A DNA stretch of 64,000 nt from positions 26,104,001-26,168,000 of the forward strand of contig NC_087436.1 of NCBI RefSeq assembly GCF_036321535.1. The letters are read 5' to 3'. Positions 1 through 13,900 of this stretch are shown here, piece by piece. Origin of the DNA: Camelus dromedarius (lineage: Eukaryota). Numbering within the stretch: position 1 is the first letter of the stretch; each line of letters opens with the position of its first letter. The position numbers were made by a program, and so were the translations under genes. A model generated the notes under the pieces. That model made no database searches and was not told the origin of the DNA. It saw only the letters and a list, made by a program, of their open reading frames with translations.

Positions 1-2379
1 TACTGAGAAATTTAAAAAGCAGGCCAAAAAACCTGACTAGTTCAGCATTTGTTGATTTTATATAAAAGTTTCATATTTGAAAAGAAAAAATATATACCAT
101 AATTTGGTTATAATGAAACAGTTATTGAGATTTTTTAGTGATCTGTTTCTTGTGTATTTATAAAATTATTTAGTTGCTAAATTGCTAAAAATTGCTTAAA
201 ATCTCAAAACATATAAATGTGCATTATTTGCTCTACTTCTTTAATTTATTGTGACAATTGAGGACAGATGCTTATCAAAATACATGGAACACTGATGAGT
301 GTTGTGTTCTAACGTTGTCATTCATATATGCCACAATTGAAAATAAAATGAAAGCTATTTTTGAAAAATGTCTGTCATCTCAAACACAGAAGAAAATGGG
401 GTGGATACATACAAAGACAAATAAAAAATACATGTAATTATTTTTATTTTATCTATCCAGTCATCTCTCTAAACATCTATTGGCTATTTACTAACCCCTC
501 TCCAACCCCTATCTCTTGCTCCTGTTCATTTTCATTAGAAAATTTAAAAGCCTGGGGCATTTTAACCAGGATAATTTGTGTGTATGTGTGGGTGAGGTAG
601 GGGATGTAGATAGTCTTTTCAAATTATTAATTTTCTGTAGTAAACTTAAGAATTTGTTTAAATTTCTTTGTGAGTGTATATATATGAAGATTGCAAGGTT
701 ACAGCTAACTGCCATTTGCGTTTCCTTAGTAATGCTCATGATCTATAATAGAAACTATTTTAGTATGTGAAGGACATAGAAAAATGCAAGTGTTTATAAA
801 TTAAAGAAAGAAATGAGAGCCAGAAGACTGGGAAATTGTATAAAGATTAATAATACCATTGGAAATCCAATTTGCCTGCAAAGAAAATCATATTTTCTGG
901 GAGAAATATTAATATCAGAGATGTCTAAATGGGTTATTTAAAAATTAGATTTCAAAGGATGGAAGAGTAAGAACAAAAACAAAATCAAACAAATAGGACT
1001 AACATTGTAGACTGATGATTGATTGCCACCTACTTAAATACCTTTCGACAGAGGTAAAATATAAAGCATTATTCAGAGTTCTATCTTTTGAAAGAATTTG
1101 TGGAGTTCATTAGGTATATTTTACTCAAATTGGCCCAGAGATATTTAAGTTACACTGTGGTGCCAGATAATGGACATCAGAATAAAGAAGAATATGGATT
1201 CACATACAGAGTCTCAAATTCTGGCTCTGCAGGAATGCAGTGGTAGAGTTCATTTTTATGGAAAAGATTATTGAAATACAGACTATCTACCTTTTCATTT
1301 GATTTCATTCCTTTTAAAATGTTAGCATATTTTCAGGAAAATTTATGTAGGTATTGCATGAATTCTGTCTCAACGTTTCCATATATTGTAAATACATAAA
1401 AATGGTATCCACATTCATGTTATGACAACTCTGCAGCAATTTTTAGAAACTGGACAGATTATGTTTTTCTTTTTATAATTTCTAAATTACAAAATTTAGA
1501 AATCTCTCCTCAAATATATTTTTAGGGAATGAATTTATCATAGGCATTTTTAAATGCATGGTCGAATTTTATTTATACGTATTAGTGTAAGCTCTTATTT
1601 TTAAATCAGTTTCATCTGAGAATGGCAAAACAAATTTCTGAAACCTTGTTTAAAAATTATCTAGTAGGTCCTCAGCTGGCTTTGAAATCTGCTCAAGAAT
1701 AGAACAGTAAAGATGCTTTTCCACAGCTAAACAGCAAACAGGTCTGCTTCTTCTACCATGTCTCAGTTTATATGGCATTATTTTCCAGGAAGGTCTTTGA
1801 TCTTTAGTTATACTTATTCATCTTCTACCCGTATTTTAAGGCCAAAATCAAAACTTTTGGTCACTGCTTGAGATTTAGAGTTATGGTGAAGATTTTTCTA
1901 ACTTAGTTAACTTTTTCTGAGAAATTTGATTCCATTTGTAGTTTGGCATGTTAGTCTTTTTAGGCTCCATACTTAGATTTTAAACTCCTTGAAGTCAATA
2001 ATTTAATTTTTATGTTGTACTTTTTCTTTGTATTTCCCAATACCTAAAAAGAGTCAGTTTACTAGATATCGGATCTTTAGTTTAATGCTTGTTAACCAAC
2101 TAAAGGCATTGTTTCAACTTGTATGTTTTAGAAAATAATGAACTACATGTGAATTGTTTCACTAGTTTGGAAAAAATGAGGAAATGAAATATTTCAATTA
2201 AAAATAATACGATTTTATGAAAACTCGGATGCAGTAATTAAGAAGAGTTACTTGTCAAATGATTTTCAAGAGTGTTTCTAGGTTTGGAGCCTGGAGTAAT
2301 ACTGATAATCCCAATTTGAATGATTTGTGGATAAAAATTATTTTCTTTATTATTGTATTTTGAATTTTTGCTGCATCAG

Positions 2380-2512
2380 AGGGATCAGAATTAATTTTAA
2401 GTTTAGTAATCATCAGCAAGAAGAATGTTTTAAAGTTCTCATTAACCGAGAGCAGAATATGGAGAGAAATGAGGAACAAAAGCTATTGGATTGCATTGTG
2501 GACCTTGACTAG
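2380..2512 (+). CDS. Weak candidate terminal coding exon (GIRINFKFSNHQQEECFKVLINREQNMERNEEQKLLDCIVDLD*)
   Basis: T-rich tract ending gctgcatcAG (2378-2379), then an open frame to TAG 2510-2512 in non-repetitive DNA. Protein not recognised, and a second frame is also open. Confidence 0.2.
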
Positions 2513-2764
2513 GGAATGAAGCCCTGTTCCAGACTCCCTGTTTGAGATGTCAATCTTTTTTGTTAAAATAAGTTGTTAAGTCATCTACTGTGAATCAACA
2601 ATAACACTGGGAAAAGGATGGAATGAGAGATTGTGGTGATCATTCATATTACAAATACCAAGTTTAAGTATAAATGTTAGGTATAAGACACCACCATCGA
2701 CATGGTTGGCATTATTAAAATTAAAATTTATTGCCCAATAGTCTGCTAAGATTTTATTTTATTT

Positions 2765-2920
2765 CATCCCCACAATGTAATCAAGTAGATATTGTTATTT
2801 CCCAGATTTTACAGATGAGAGGACTAGGAATCATACTACTTAGGGGAGTTGTCAAAGGTCTCACGAAAATCAGGGGATAAACTTTTTATTTGAACTTTGG
2901 TTAAACCCATGCTTTTACTT
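2765..2920 (-). mobile_element. MIR SINE fragment
   Basis: Core motif attttacagatgagaggact...gttgtcaaaggtctcac resembles the reverse MIR core. Confidence 0.7.
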
Positions 2921-3574
2921 TTAATGTCCATAAAATATTGATATACCACAGTTTACAAATATTGTCAGATTTGTCATCATTTTAACTTTTGTTTGCTCTA
3001 TACCATACATTTTGAGTGTTGATTTTTTTCCTACATCCACAAAAAAGATCAATTAAACAAGTATAGATGCTACACCACTCCCCTCCCTCACACACACAAT
3101 CTCTCTCTCTCTGTCTAAATCTCTTATATTCCATAGGAGAATAAGAAATTAGATAAGAATATTATAACTTTAAAAGTTCAGTGCAATCGTTTTTTGGGCA
3201 ATACCTAAACAACATAAAGGTATGATTTGATTATCTACCTTAGCCATTCCATTGAATATGAAATATGTATGTATATTTCTGTGACATGTCTTCTGGACTA
3301 AGAAGTAAAGATGTAAGAAGTAAAGGAAGACTGCTATAATATTTATCTCCAAGCAGAGAAAAGTCTATATATAAGAGTACAGTATAATTTAGTCATTCTA
3401 TCAGATATTAATAATGTAGAAAGCTTCTGAAGTTTTGTCACTGTATTTTGGCTCTGGTCTTAAAACATGAGCCTGGAAAGATGCTTTGTTTAGATAATAC
3501 AACTGGTTGATCTCGTTTCCCCCCTCTTGTTATCAGTGGTAGGATATTTCTACTTGAGAGATTGTTGTTTTTAT

Positions 3575-5140
3575 AAGGATTAAGAATCCAGGTTTTGAAG
3601 ACAGACTGAAGGGTTTAGAATTCCAGCAGCATAATTTACTTATACAGCCCTAAGAAAATTTATCTTTTATTTTATTAATTATTTTCATTGAGGTATATTT
3701 GATTTATAGTATTATATTAGTTTCAGGTATACAACAGTAATTAAAAATGTTTATAGATTATAATCCTTTTAAGTTATTCTCCATTGATTATAAAATATTA
3801 GTTATATTCCCCCTGCTGTACAATATATCCTTTTAGCTTACTTATTTTATACATGGTGGTTTATACCTCATAATCCCCTACACCTATCTTGCCCCTCTCT
3901 CCTACTCTCTCCCCATTGGTAATCACTAGTTTCTTTTCTGTATCTGTGAGTCTGTTTTGATTTTACGTTTATTTATTTGTTTTATTTTTTAGATTCCATA
4001 TAAGTGAAAACATGCAGTATTCGTATTTCTCTGTCTGACTTATTTCACTAAGCATAATACCCTCCAGTTTCATCTATGGTGTTGCTAATGGCTGAGTAGT
4101 ATTCTGCTGCATATATGCCAAGTCTTCCTTATCCAGTCATCTGTTGATAAAGATGATCATATCTTGGCTATTGTAAATAATGCTGCTCTGAACAATTTTG
4201 TGTGTGTATCTTTTTGAATTAGTGTTTTCATTTTCTTCAAATATATACCTAGAAGTGGAATTGCTGGATCATATGATAGTTCTAGTTTAAGTTTTTTAAG
4301 AAACTTCCACACTGTTTCCCTCAGTTCCTGCACCAATTAACATTCTCAACACGAGTGTACAGGGTTCCCTTTTCTCTGCATTCTTCCCACTATTTGTTGT
4401 TTGTGGTCTTTTTGATGATAGTCATTCTGACAGACTTGAGGTGATGTCTCGTGTTTTTGATTTGCATTTCTCTGGATTAGTGATTTTGAACATCTGTTCA
4501 TGTGTCTGTTGGCCTTCTGTATGTCTTCTTTACAGAAATATCTATTCTGGTCTTCTGCCCACTTCTTAAAATCAGGTTGTTGGGTTTTTTTGATATTGAG
4601 TTGTATAAGCTGTTTATATATTTTGAATAGTAACTCCTTACTGGTCACATCATTTGGAAATATTTTCTCCCATTCAAGTCGGTTGTCTTTTCCTTTTGTT
4701 GATGGTTTCCTTTGCTTTAAACTTTAAGCTTAATTAGGTCCTATTTGTTTATTTTTTATTTTGTTTCCTTTACCTTAAGAGACAGATCCAAAGAAATATT
4801 GCTGTTATTTATGTCAAAGAGTGTTCTGCTCATATTTTTTTCTAGGAGTTTTATGATTTCAGGTCTTATATTTAGGTCTTTAATCCATTTTGAGTTTATT
4901 TTTGTATATGGTGTGAGATGTTTTAATTTCATTCTTTTATATGTAGCTGTCTAGTGGTGCTGGGAAAACTGGATAGCTACATGTAAAAGCCCTAGGAAAA
5001 TTTCTTAGCCTTCTTTTTCAGTTTTCTCACCTTCAATATGAAGCATTATTAATGAGTGATACTTATTCTATCATGGGTTGTAACAAGGATTAAATGAGTT
5101 AATATATGTACTATTCTTAGTGTCTAAAACATACTAAACT
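3575..5140 (+). mobile_element. MIR SINE split in two (about 3575-3661 and 4988-5140) by an L1 insertion
   Basis: Left half gattaagaatccagg...gggtttagaattccagc. Right half cagttttctcacc...aaggattaaatgagttaatatatgta. Confidence 0.7.
3662..4987 (-). mobile_element. 5'-truncated L1 (3' UTR plus ORF2 C-terminus) with short 5' inversion
   Basis: T-rich tail at 3662. ORF 4346-4648 contains [20 protein letters not shown] (L1 ORF2 C-terminus). TSD agcccta(a/g)gaaaattt at 3646-3661 and 4988-5003. Confidence 0.93.
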
Positions 5141-6778
5141 TTATATAATCAGAGGAACATTTGGTCATAAATATTGAACGTGATTAAAAAGATAAAAAAT
5201 AGCTCTGTAGAAAAGGTCCTAATACCATTTCCCAAAAAGACAGACCCTTTTCCTAGTTCTGCTAGACTTCCTGTGGACTGAGATTCTTTTTATTACTATA
5301 TCACAATGTCTGCTTTCTTCCTACTGGCCTGCATGCCCAAGTGATAGATGTGCTCTGTTTTGCAAGTCATACAACAGTGGTGTAAACTTCCTCATAAACC
5401 AGATTCCCAGGTAGGACGATGGTTGATCTTGATATATTTTAAAGAGACTAAGCAAAATGAAACTTAGGCCTTGAAGATGAGTCTTTATTTTCTGTCCTCA
5501 GTGTTTGAGCTACAGTGGCAAATGCTAATTTATACACAAGTTTTATTTTCTGATGCCATGCAGATTTACATTAGTAAGATATGGGAATATTGATGAAAGA
5601 GTTGATCATCTTCAAGTGTGACAATCAACATCCATGTTGTATTCTGGGCATTTTACGCAGAAATATGACATTTATTTGTCTTTCCCACCCTAAAGCACTT
5701 AAAAAGAAAATATTTGTTGAACTGAATTGACCCTTGTTTGCTATATATAACATTAGAGAGAATCATAAAATGCTATGTAAACGTTTAAAAACACATAATA
5801 TAGCTGAAACAATTTTAGACTGCAAGTACCTGAGAACATTACAGGAAGGAAAGATCTTCCTTGCATAGATTAAAAAAAAATAGTCAAGAAACAATTTTTT
5901 CTTCTTAAATTTTTGGCCCTTTCTACATTCTTGTAATTTCTTTTATAATATAAGATGTGAGGTTGAGGCAAGACACGTAAGTGAAGAATTTGTTTGTGTT
6001 CTTTGGAGAGCAACGATTTTGTCTACACATTGTTGAAGTGTTTGTTTTAGAAAGGTTGGCAGGATGCAAGGATAGCAGTGAGTGAAAAAGTGATGTGCAG
6101 AGACCTCTAGAGACTGGAAAGCTTAACTACACTTAATGTTCTGCAGATACGGTTCAGTGCCGTACTGTAATTGAATTACTAAGGGAGCTATAACACAGCT
6201 ATAAAGAGAACAAGGTACTATTCTATTCCTAGTGATGTGGTTAAAATCAGTGTTCTCATATGCCTTATGCATTTGGCTATTTTCCCCTTAATGAGTTAAT
6301 TAAGGTAAAATATGCTTTATATTTGCTCTACTGCAAAAACAGTGATTAAACAACAGATGTTCATACCCTAAATATAAAAATTATCAATGTGTGCAGAATA
6401 TTTATTTTTAGAAAAGACAGAGCAAACATTTACCTGCTCCTGTGACGTAAGGATATTCTGTTTACTTTACCTTTTTGGGGGGAAAGGGCTTATTTTCCTT
6501 TTCTGAAATATTGGACTTTGCTTTTTTGATATCTTTGACTTTGACTGGAAAACTTCTTTAAATGTCCATTTTACTACTCCTCTAAGAATTTATTGGAATA
6601 AAAATGCTTTACAGTGTTTACAGTGTTGTAAACACATTTTACAATCGTGTCCTCACATTAACTGGTTTTCCTCTGTACACTAAATTGTGAATGTTAAATA
6701 GTTCCTACTACAAAGAAACAGATCAATTAAACATATTTCCATCTCTCTCTCTCTCTTTTTCTCTCTAGCACACTTCTG

Positions 6779-7255
6779 TGTATTAGTTATTAGATTATTA
6801 GGGTTTTATTTTAAAAAAGCAGAACCGATAGGAAATGTGTGTGCATATATAAATGTGTGTTTGCATGCGTGCGTGCGTTTGTGTGTGTGTTTGTGTGTGT
6901 GAGACAGAGATAGACAGAGAGAGAGAGAGTTGAGAGATTTTGGGTGCTGGCACATCTAAAATCTGTGGGGGTGGCCAACAGACTGAAGAGATAGAAGACC
7001 CAGGAAAGAGTTGATGTTGTAATCTGTAGTCCAAAAGCAGTCCAGAGGCAGAATTCCTTTTTGTCTTAAGTCCTTTCCTTAAAGCCTTCACATTACAATT
7101 AAATGAGGCCTATCCACATTATGGAAGGTTGTCTGCTTTACTCAAAGTCTGCTGATCAATCACATCTTAAAAATATATTTATAGCAACATCTAGACTCAT
7201 ATTTGATCAAAAGCTAATTACCATGACCTAGCCACATAAAATTGACCATCTTACT
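6779..7255 (-). mobile_element. MLT2-type (ERV-L) solo LTR with internal (TG)n/(AG)n
   Basis: agaaccgatagga...tctgctttactcaaagtc...cctagccacataaaattgaccatc matches the reverse of the MLT2 LTR. Microsatellite at about 6835-6930. Confidence 0.85.
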
Positions 7256-8039
7256 GAGTAATTCTTTAATAACTTTATACAATTCAACTGTTTGAAAAGT
7301 AAACCAAAACAAATCAAAGCAATCAAAATATGAACACATACTCACAGAGACACAATATATGAAGGTTAGTGATTTTTAAGTTTTTTAGTAGTACACATTC
7401 TATCTAATCATAGTAAAGTGTTTCTCACAATGAGGTGAGAAATTAAGTAAATATGTTGTAATGACAATTACAGATAATAACTTCCCTTTTCATATGAAAG
7501 TAGGATGTATTAAGTTAGCCTATGCAGAATGTGTCCAGGGTGACTGGAATAAAGAATCATTAGGAGAATTAATTTGCAACAGTCACATGCTTAATGATAA
7601 CTGAAATCTGTTTGGCATTGCCTGTGCGAAGGATAGTAAATCTCAGAAAGTTCATCTTGATAAAATTTCAGGCTAAGGTGTAACTGATAAAGAGATTCAT
7701 TTCTGAAATCAGGTATACAAGAAAATGCAAAGAGGCCCGTGGAAACTGCCTTCCAAGGAATGAGGGAAGGAACAGGTGATTGAAGGTGGTAGAAATAAGA
7801 CAAACTTTTCTTACTCTACCATGTTGCTTGAGCTTTTTTCTTTTTTTTTTTTTTTACTCAGAGTAACATGCTGTCACCTTTCAGAAGAGATCTTTTTGCA
7901 TTAATAACATTCATTTGATTTTCATCTGGCTGAGACAAAAACAAAGAAGCAGAAGAAATTTATCTTGAGAAACATTAGCCAAATTCTGAGTACACACTTA
8001 TCCATGCACAGATTAGAGAAATATATAAATATGGTTTTC

Positions 8040-9400
8040 ATATGCTTATATCTCTGATAAATCATCATGCTACTTGAGATATATAGAACAATTCTGCCAC
8101 TCCAAGGTAATATTATTTTTACATGTCACCAGTGATTAGCTTTGACTGTTCTGGAACTTCTTACGGAATCAGGTAATATGTACATTTTTGTATCTGGTCT
8201 TTAACTCAACCTGCTTTTGAGATTCTGCGAAGTTTTTGTTTATCAGAAGGGTGTCCTTTGTATTGCTATACAAAATTCCCTTATTAGAAAAAACAATATT
8301 TTTGTCTGTTCTCCTGAGGTTGGAGCTATGAAAAAGCTGTTACAAACATTCTGTTTATGTCATTTCATTTAATTCTCTTGGGTATACACCAAAGAATTGA
8401 AATTGTTCATGATGCTATAGGCATATATCCAACCTTATTAGAAACTGCAGGAGTGTTTCCAAGGGGTTATAAAAATTTGCCCTCTCATAAGCAATAAATG
8501 GGAGTTCTATTGCTCCATAACTTTTCTAACACTTGGAATTGTCAGTCTTTTAAAAGTTAAGTAATGGTATGTAGGGGTATCTCAATGTGGTTTTAATTTA
8601 TGTTGCATGGGTGGCTATGATGGTGAGCATCTTTTCATATACTGATTGGCCATCTGATTGAAGTACCTGTTCATCATGTGCTTTACCAATTTTTTTTTGT
8701 TTGCTTGTTTGCTTGTTGGTTAATGTATTGGAGTCCTTTATATGTTCTAGATCTGAGTTTTTAGTTTCAGCCTGGCTTTACTTGCCTTTTCATTTACTTA
8801 ACAGTATCTTTTGCTGAACTAAAAATTTGAATATTGATGAAGTCTAATTGATCAGTTTTTTCAAATATGTTTAGTGCTTTTTGAATCTTGTTTAATAACT
8901 ACTTATGAAAATGTTCTCCAGTGTTCCCTTCTAGGAACTGCATGGTTTTAGCTTTCTTATTATATATAAGTGTAATATCCATCTTGAATTAATTTCTGCT
9001 TATGGTAGTTGGGAGAGGTAAGAATTCACTTTTTGTAAATGCATATCCAGTTTCTCCAGTATTTCCTTCCACATTGAATTGCACATGTGTCTTTGTCATA
9101 AATTAGTGGCTTTATGGGTGAAGATCTATTCCTGGATTTCTGCTCTTCTCTCCCATTACTGTTTTTATCTACTCTTACATATGCGTTTGAATTTCTACAT
9201 AAATTAAAATATCCTTGTTGATTTCAACAACAACAACAAAAACCCAGTTGGGACTTTGGGATAAAGTGTGTAGATCAATTAGTATAATTGATATTTTAAA
9301 ATATTGTCTCTTATAATCCCTGACCATAGTACTTGTTCTCCATTTATTAGGTTTTGTTAATTTCTCTTGGATAGTTTTCTGTGTAGTGGAACTCCAGCAC
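8040..9400 (-). mobile_element. Ancient L1 (L1ME/MC-like) 3' fragment
   Basis: Decayed ORF2 3' motifs such as gtatctcaatgtggttttaattt, gagcatcttttcatatactgattggcc and ttgatgaagtctaattgatc. Confidence 0.8.
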
Positions 9401-10594
9401 ATTTTAAATAATTAATGTGTTAATTATAATAATAATTACAATCAATGATAATTTTAATTTATCAAGAAATTACTATTATTATTGCCTCTTGGCTTCCTTT
9501 CCTCCCTTCTCATTTAATTCCTTTATCACTAAATTGCCTATCTTCCTGGTTCTTCAGTTTTTCAAGGGGTGACCTGAAGAATTCACCTGCTTCTTGACTC
9601 TTGTTCTTCTTGTTACCCCAACTGGAAATGATAATCTGGTATCTTTATATGGAGGGAGATAAATTAATTGAAATACTGTTTAGAGAATAATAATCCTGCC
9701 ATAAAACATATGCCAGACTGTCTTCTTCAGGACTCCAGGAGATAGACAACTGTAATTTTATCTGCTGAGGCTTGGTCTTTATGGGTTTCTAGCAAAGACC
9801 CGATCCTTCTAGGTAGTATCTATTGCCATAGACTTAAAAGTCACTGGTTTCCCTTCCCTGGCTTTCAGGTCCCATAATGGTGATAGATGTTTCAGAAAGC
9901 AGGTCATCCCAAGGCTTAGGGCGATGGATTGGCAGCCTGATTCCTGCTACCTGTGCACTTTGTGGGCCTGATGAGTTGACCAGCAGTTTGGGTCATATAA
10001 ACTCCAGATGTTAGAAGTGAAGTGTATGTTTCCATAAGTCTTCACATTACCTAATATAAAGTGTAAAGTTTCCAATACTTTTCTCCTTTGAGAGTTAACA
10101 AAGATGTTCAGTGTCCTTATTTATTTTGTTTCTCCAAAAAATATTTCTCTGTATTGATTAGAAAATTAGTATGACCCTAAGCTTTAGAATATCCTTTCCA
10201 TGATTCACAAGACTAATCTTGAGATATTCAAATTAACCTTTTTTCTTAAAACTTTGCTTTCTATCCCTCAGGAAATGTTAACTAAGTGATAAATCAAGTG
10301 AATGTTTTAATAAACACAGACTTTGTGTGGAGGCATTTGAGGAATCATCTGTCTGTACACTATGCAGATGAATGTCAACTTGCTTCACTATATCTAGAAA
10401 CCTTTGCAATGGACATTTAGGGAATCCAAAGTTCAAACATCTCTCAACTGAGAGAAATTAACTTACCTAAAAATGAATTATATATATATATCACATCTTT
10501 AACTATTGCCAGCATTATCTAATTATGGGAAAGTAGTTAGAAAAGACATGAAATTGTGTAGATTAAATAGAATGAAAAGCAAAATGATTTACTG

Positions 10595-10740
10595 AATGCA
10601 CTGTGGTCTGAGTGTCAGTAGTTCTTTACGTGTACTTTGATTCTGCCCAGTGTGGCCTTAGGTAAATAATTTTAACCTCTGTGAGTCTAAGTTTCTATAA
10701 ATAAGGATCATTAATTGCTCATTTCAACTCAAGGATTCTT
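10595..10740 (+). mobile_element. MIR fragment
   Basis: tgtggccttaggtaaataattttaacctctgtgagtctaagtttc core. Confidence 0.6.
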
Positions 10741-10984
10741 TGAATCTGTGAAGCATGGGATGGTTACTGCTTCAAAGATGTTTGGAGTCCATCAAAAGAA
10801 ACTGGGTTAAAAAAATTTTTTTTTTATTGCAATAGGTTAAGGTATTCAAGTCCTGTTGTTTGGTTCTTAATTGTTTATGTTTCAATAATTACATTGCTTA
10901 AATTTTCCAATCAATCGCTTATATTTACCAATTAAAGATGCAATGATATTCCAGAGTTTATCCATGTATCAGCTTCAGCTGCAC

Positions 10985-13900
10985 ACTCTACTATGTGGTG
11001 GTCTCCATTGTAGTTACCATGTTAGATGCAGTAGTATCTTTGGTAGAGCAGATAAATATAACCACAGGTACATAATAAGCAGCTATTGAAGTGGCAAATA
11101 TATTTTTAAAATGTCTGTTGGAAAAAAGACTGTGAAATAATTTGCTTTATATAATAGACAATACTGTACATAAATGGCTTTACCTCAGGGCTATATTAAC
11201 TCTCCTGTCCTCTGTCATAACGTGGTTCAAAGAGGTCTGGAATCTGGGCATTCTGTAAAATATCACATTGGTCCACTGTATTGATTTCATTGTGTAATCA
11301 GTCTGGATAAGCAGGAATTAGCTAGTAATTTGGAGACCTTGGCAAGACACATACCTTTTGGTCAGATGGAGACCCTATAAGGACTTAGGAAACTGCCACA
11401 TTAATAACTTTGTAGAGGTCTAGTTGTCAGGAGCATGCTGGAACTTACCATCCAAGTAAAAGATAAAACACACCATTTTGCAACAAATAAGGAAGCATAA
11501 CTCTTATTAAGCTTATCTGGTTTTTGGAGACAACATATGCTGTACCTGAGAAAACTGCTCTGGCCCATAAACCATGTGAATTAAAGGCTGCAAGCTTTCA
11601 GTGGGACATAGAGTAGGAAAAGTTTCTGCATTAGGTCCAAATTGCAGTGTGAATAGCCCTACAACCAGGTCCACACAACTTGGCAGATCCTGTAGTATTA
11701 GAGATATTAGTGGTGGACAAAGCTGCCATGGAATCTATGACAGACCCCAGCATGGGAATCACAATGCAGGCCCCACGTTTTTGAAGACAACTCCTGTTTT
11801 TCTATTTGAACGTGGGATATAGATTTACTATAATTCTGGGATTACCCATTATGAGATGGGTTTTGTCAGCCCAAACAATTTTTGGTTGGTCCAAGAATAA
11901 TTCACTGTAAGGTGGGAGTTGTACATCCAAGACTGAGTATAAACAAGACCAGAAGGCACAGAAAAACTACATGTACAAGAAGCCCAGACCCTGCATGTAA
12001 TCCATCACTATTTCCTCAGTTTATACCTACCTATGGCCAGACAGGGAATATGTCATGACCAGCTGACTGAGGAAGAAAATGACCCATCTTGTTTTACATA
12101 TAGGTCAGCTCAAATGTATTAGCAAGCTAAAAGCAATCAGTATCTGCATTACAGCTTCATTCTGGGCTGGATTTGAAAGACAGAGGCAAGGGAAGTAGCT
12201 CCCAAAAGATAGAGCTTCAGGCTGTACATTCAGTCATTCATTTAGTGTGATAAAAGAAATGCTCCAAGGATAAAATATATACTGATTTATTCTTAGTGAC
12301 AAATAGCCTTGTAGGGTCTTGGAAGGAGAATTATTGGAAAATCAGGGACAAGGTTGTCTAAGGCAGAGGTATGCAGATGGAAATAAGGAGGTGGGTAAGG
12401 AGTATGAAGATGCTTGTGTTTTATATTAATCCTCATCAGAGATCACTGCCATGGGAGTCACTATACAACCAAAAAACAAAATGACTCAGCAGACTGTTGC
12501 CAGTCAGCTTCTGCCATCAGTAATCCCAGGGCTAGCATGATAAACACATTTTTTTTTTAATGGTCATGGGGTGTTAGATATGGAGCTGGTGATCAGACCC
12601 AACAGCTCCGTCCCTCACTTACTAAGACTGTTCAAGCTACTGCCATCACAAATATTTAACCTGCTGGCAACAGAGAACAATAATGAGATCCCAAAATGGA
12701 ATCATTCTTTGAGGATACCAATATGCCACGTGGTGGCAAGTTGACATTTGGGATTCTTTCTAACCTAGTAGACCAGATATTTATTCTGATAGGAATAGAT
12801 AACAAATTCCAAGAGTAATTTTGCCTTTTCTGTACTCAATTCCTTACCCAGCACCAGTATTTGAAGGCTCATAAAGTATTTGATTCATCGGCACAGAATC
12901 CCTCATACCATTGGGTCTATTGAGAGAAGCCAGTTTATAGTGAAGAATATCGTGAATTAGGCCCACCACAATGCCATTCCCTGGCTCTTTTATATACCAC
13001 AATCAGCCAAAAGCTGCCACTATGATAGAGTGTTGGCATAGCATGCTGAAGTCACAGTTGAAGTGCCACCTTTGAAATGATACTTTAAAATGACAGACTC
13101 ATTCTCCAGAATGTAGTACATCTTCTCATAAAATATCTTTATGTACAGCTTAGCCCAATGAGAGCAATTACATAGGTCTACATAAGAAGTAGTGAAAACT
13201 GTAGTAGCCCTAATTATAATTAGTCCCAATAACTCCCTTGAGGAATTTGTCTTCCTGTCTTCATAGCATTAGAGTACCTGGTTTTCAAAGGAGAAACATT
13301 TCTTCCTGCGACACAGCAAGAGTCCCACTGAGCTATATATCTATGGCTACTATCTGTTTGGCTCATTTTTGTTCATGATCCAGCAGGCAAGAAAAGGAAT
13401 AATGATTTTCATGGGTGTATTAATGGTAATACTCAGGAGAGGAAAAGTTGCTGAAAAATAATGTTTATACCCAGACAATCCACTTGGGTACTGCTTAATG
13501 TCTCTTCTTCAGTTTTAATAATAAATGTACAGCTGGCCTAGGAATGTCATGGTGGCCAGTCCTAGACTCCTCAGGGATGAGTCTAGCTGGCTCGTACCAT
13601 CAGCTAAGCCAGCAGAGATACTAAAGGAAGGTAAGGGAATGGTAGAGTGGACAGAAAATTTTTAATATCATGGTCCTGAAATGAGATGTTATTACATGTG
13701 TTACCCCAAAAGGTAAAGACCCTGGTTCTTGTCATACCTGAAAGAAAAGTTTACAGTCAGGAGACAGTGTGTTGGGTAGCAAAAGATTTTTCAAAATTTA
13801 TTTAGAAAAGGAAAAGTACACCTCCAAGAACGGGAGGTGGGCTGATCCAAGGGAGGAAAAGCTGTGGGTTTTGTCTCCCTTTTCTCTTATACCATTGCCT

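Noticed and set aside
255..436. Stop-free frame QLRTDAYQ...KKYM* as an exon
   Set aside because: No convincing splice sites and no recognisable protein.
1225..1255. gcagtggtagagttc as a tRNA or tRNA-derived SINE A box
   Set aside because: No B box or cloverleaf follows; it is adjacent to a decayed MIR-like stretch.
9480..10000. Possible 5' LTR or gag of the ERV-L
   Set aside because: No similarity seen to the LTR at 14364-14746 and no gag motif, and a MIR lies between it and pol.
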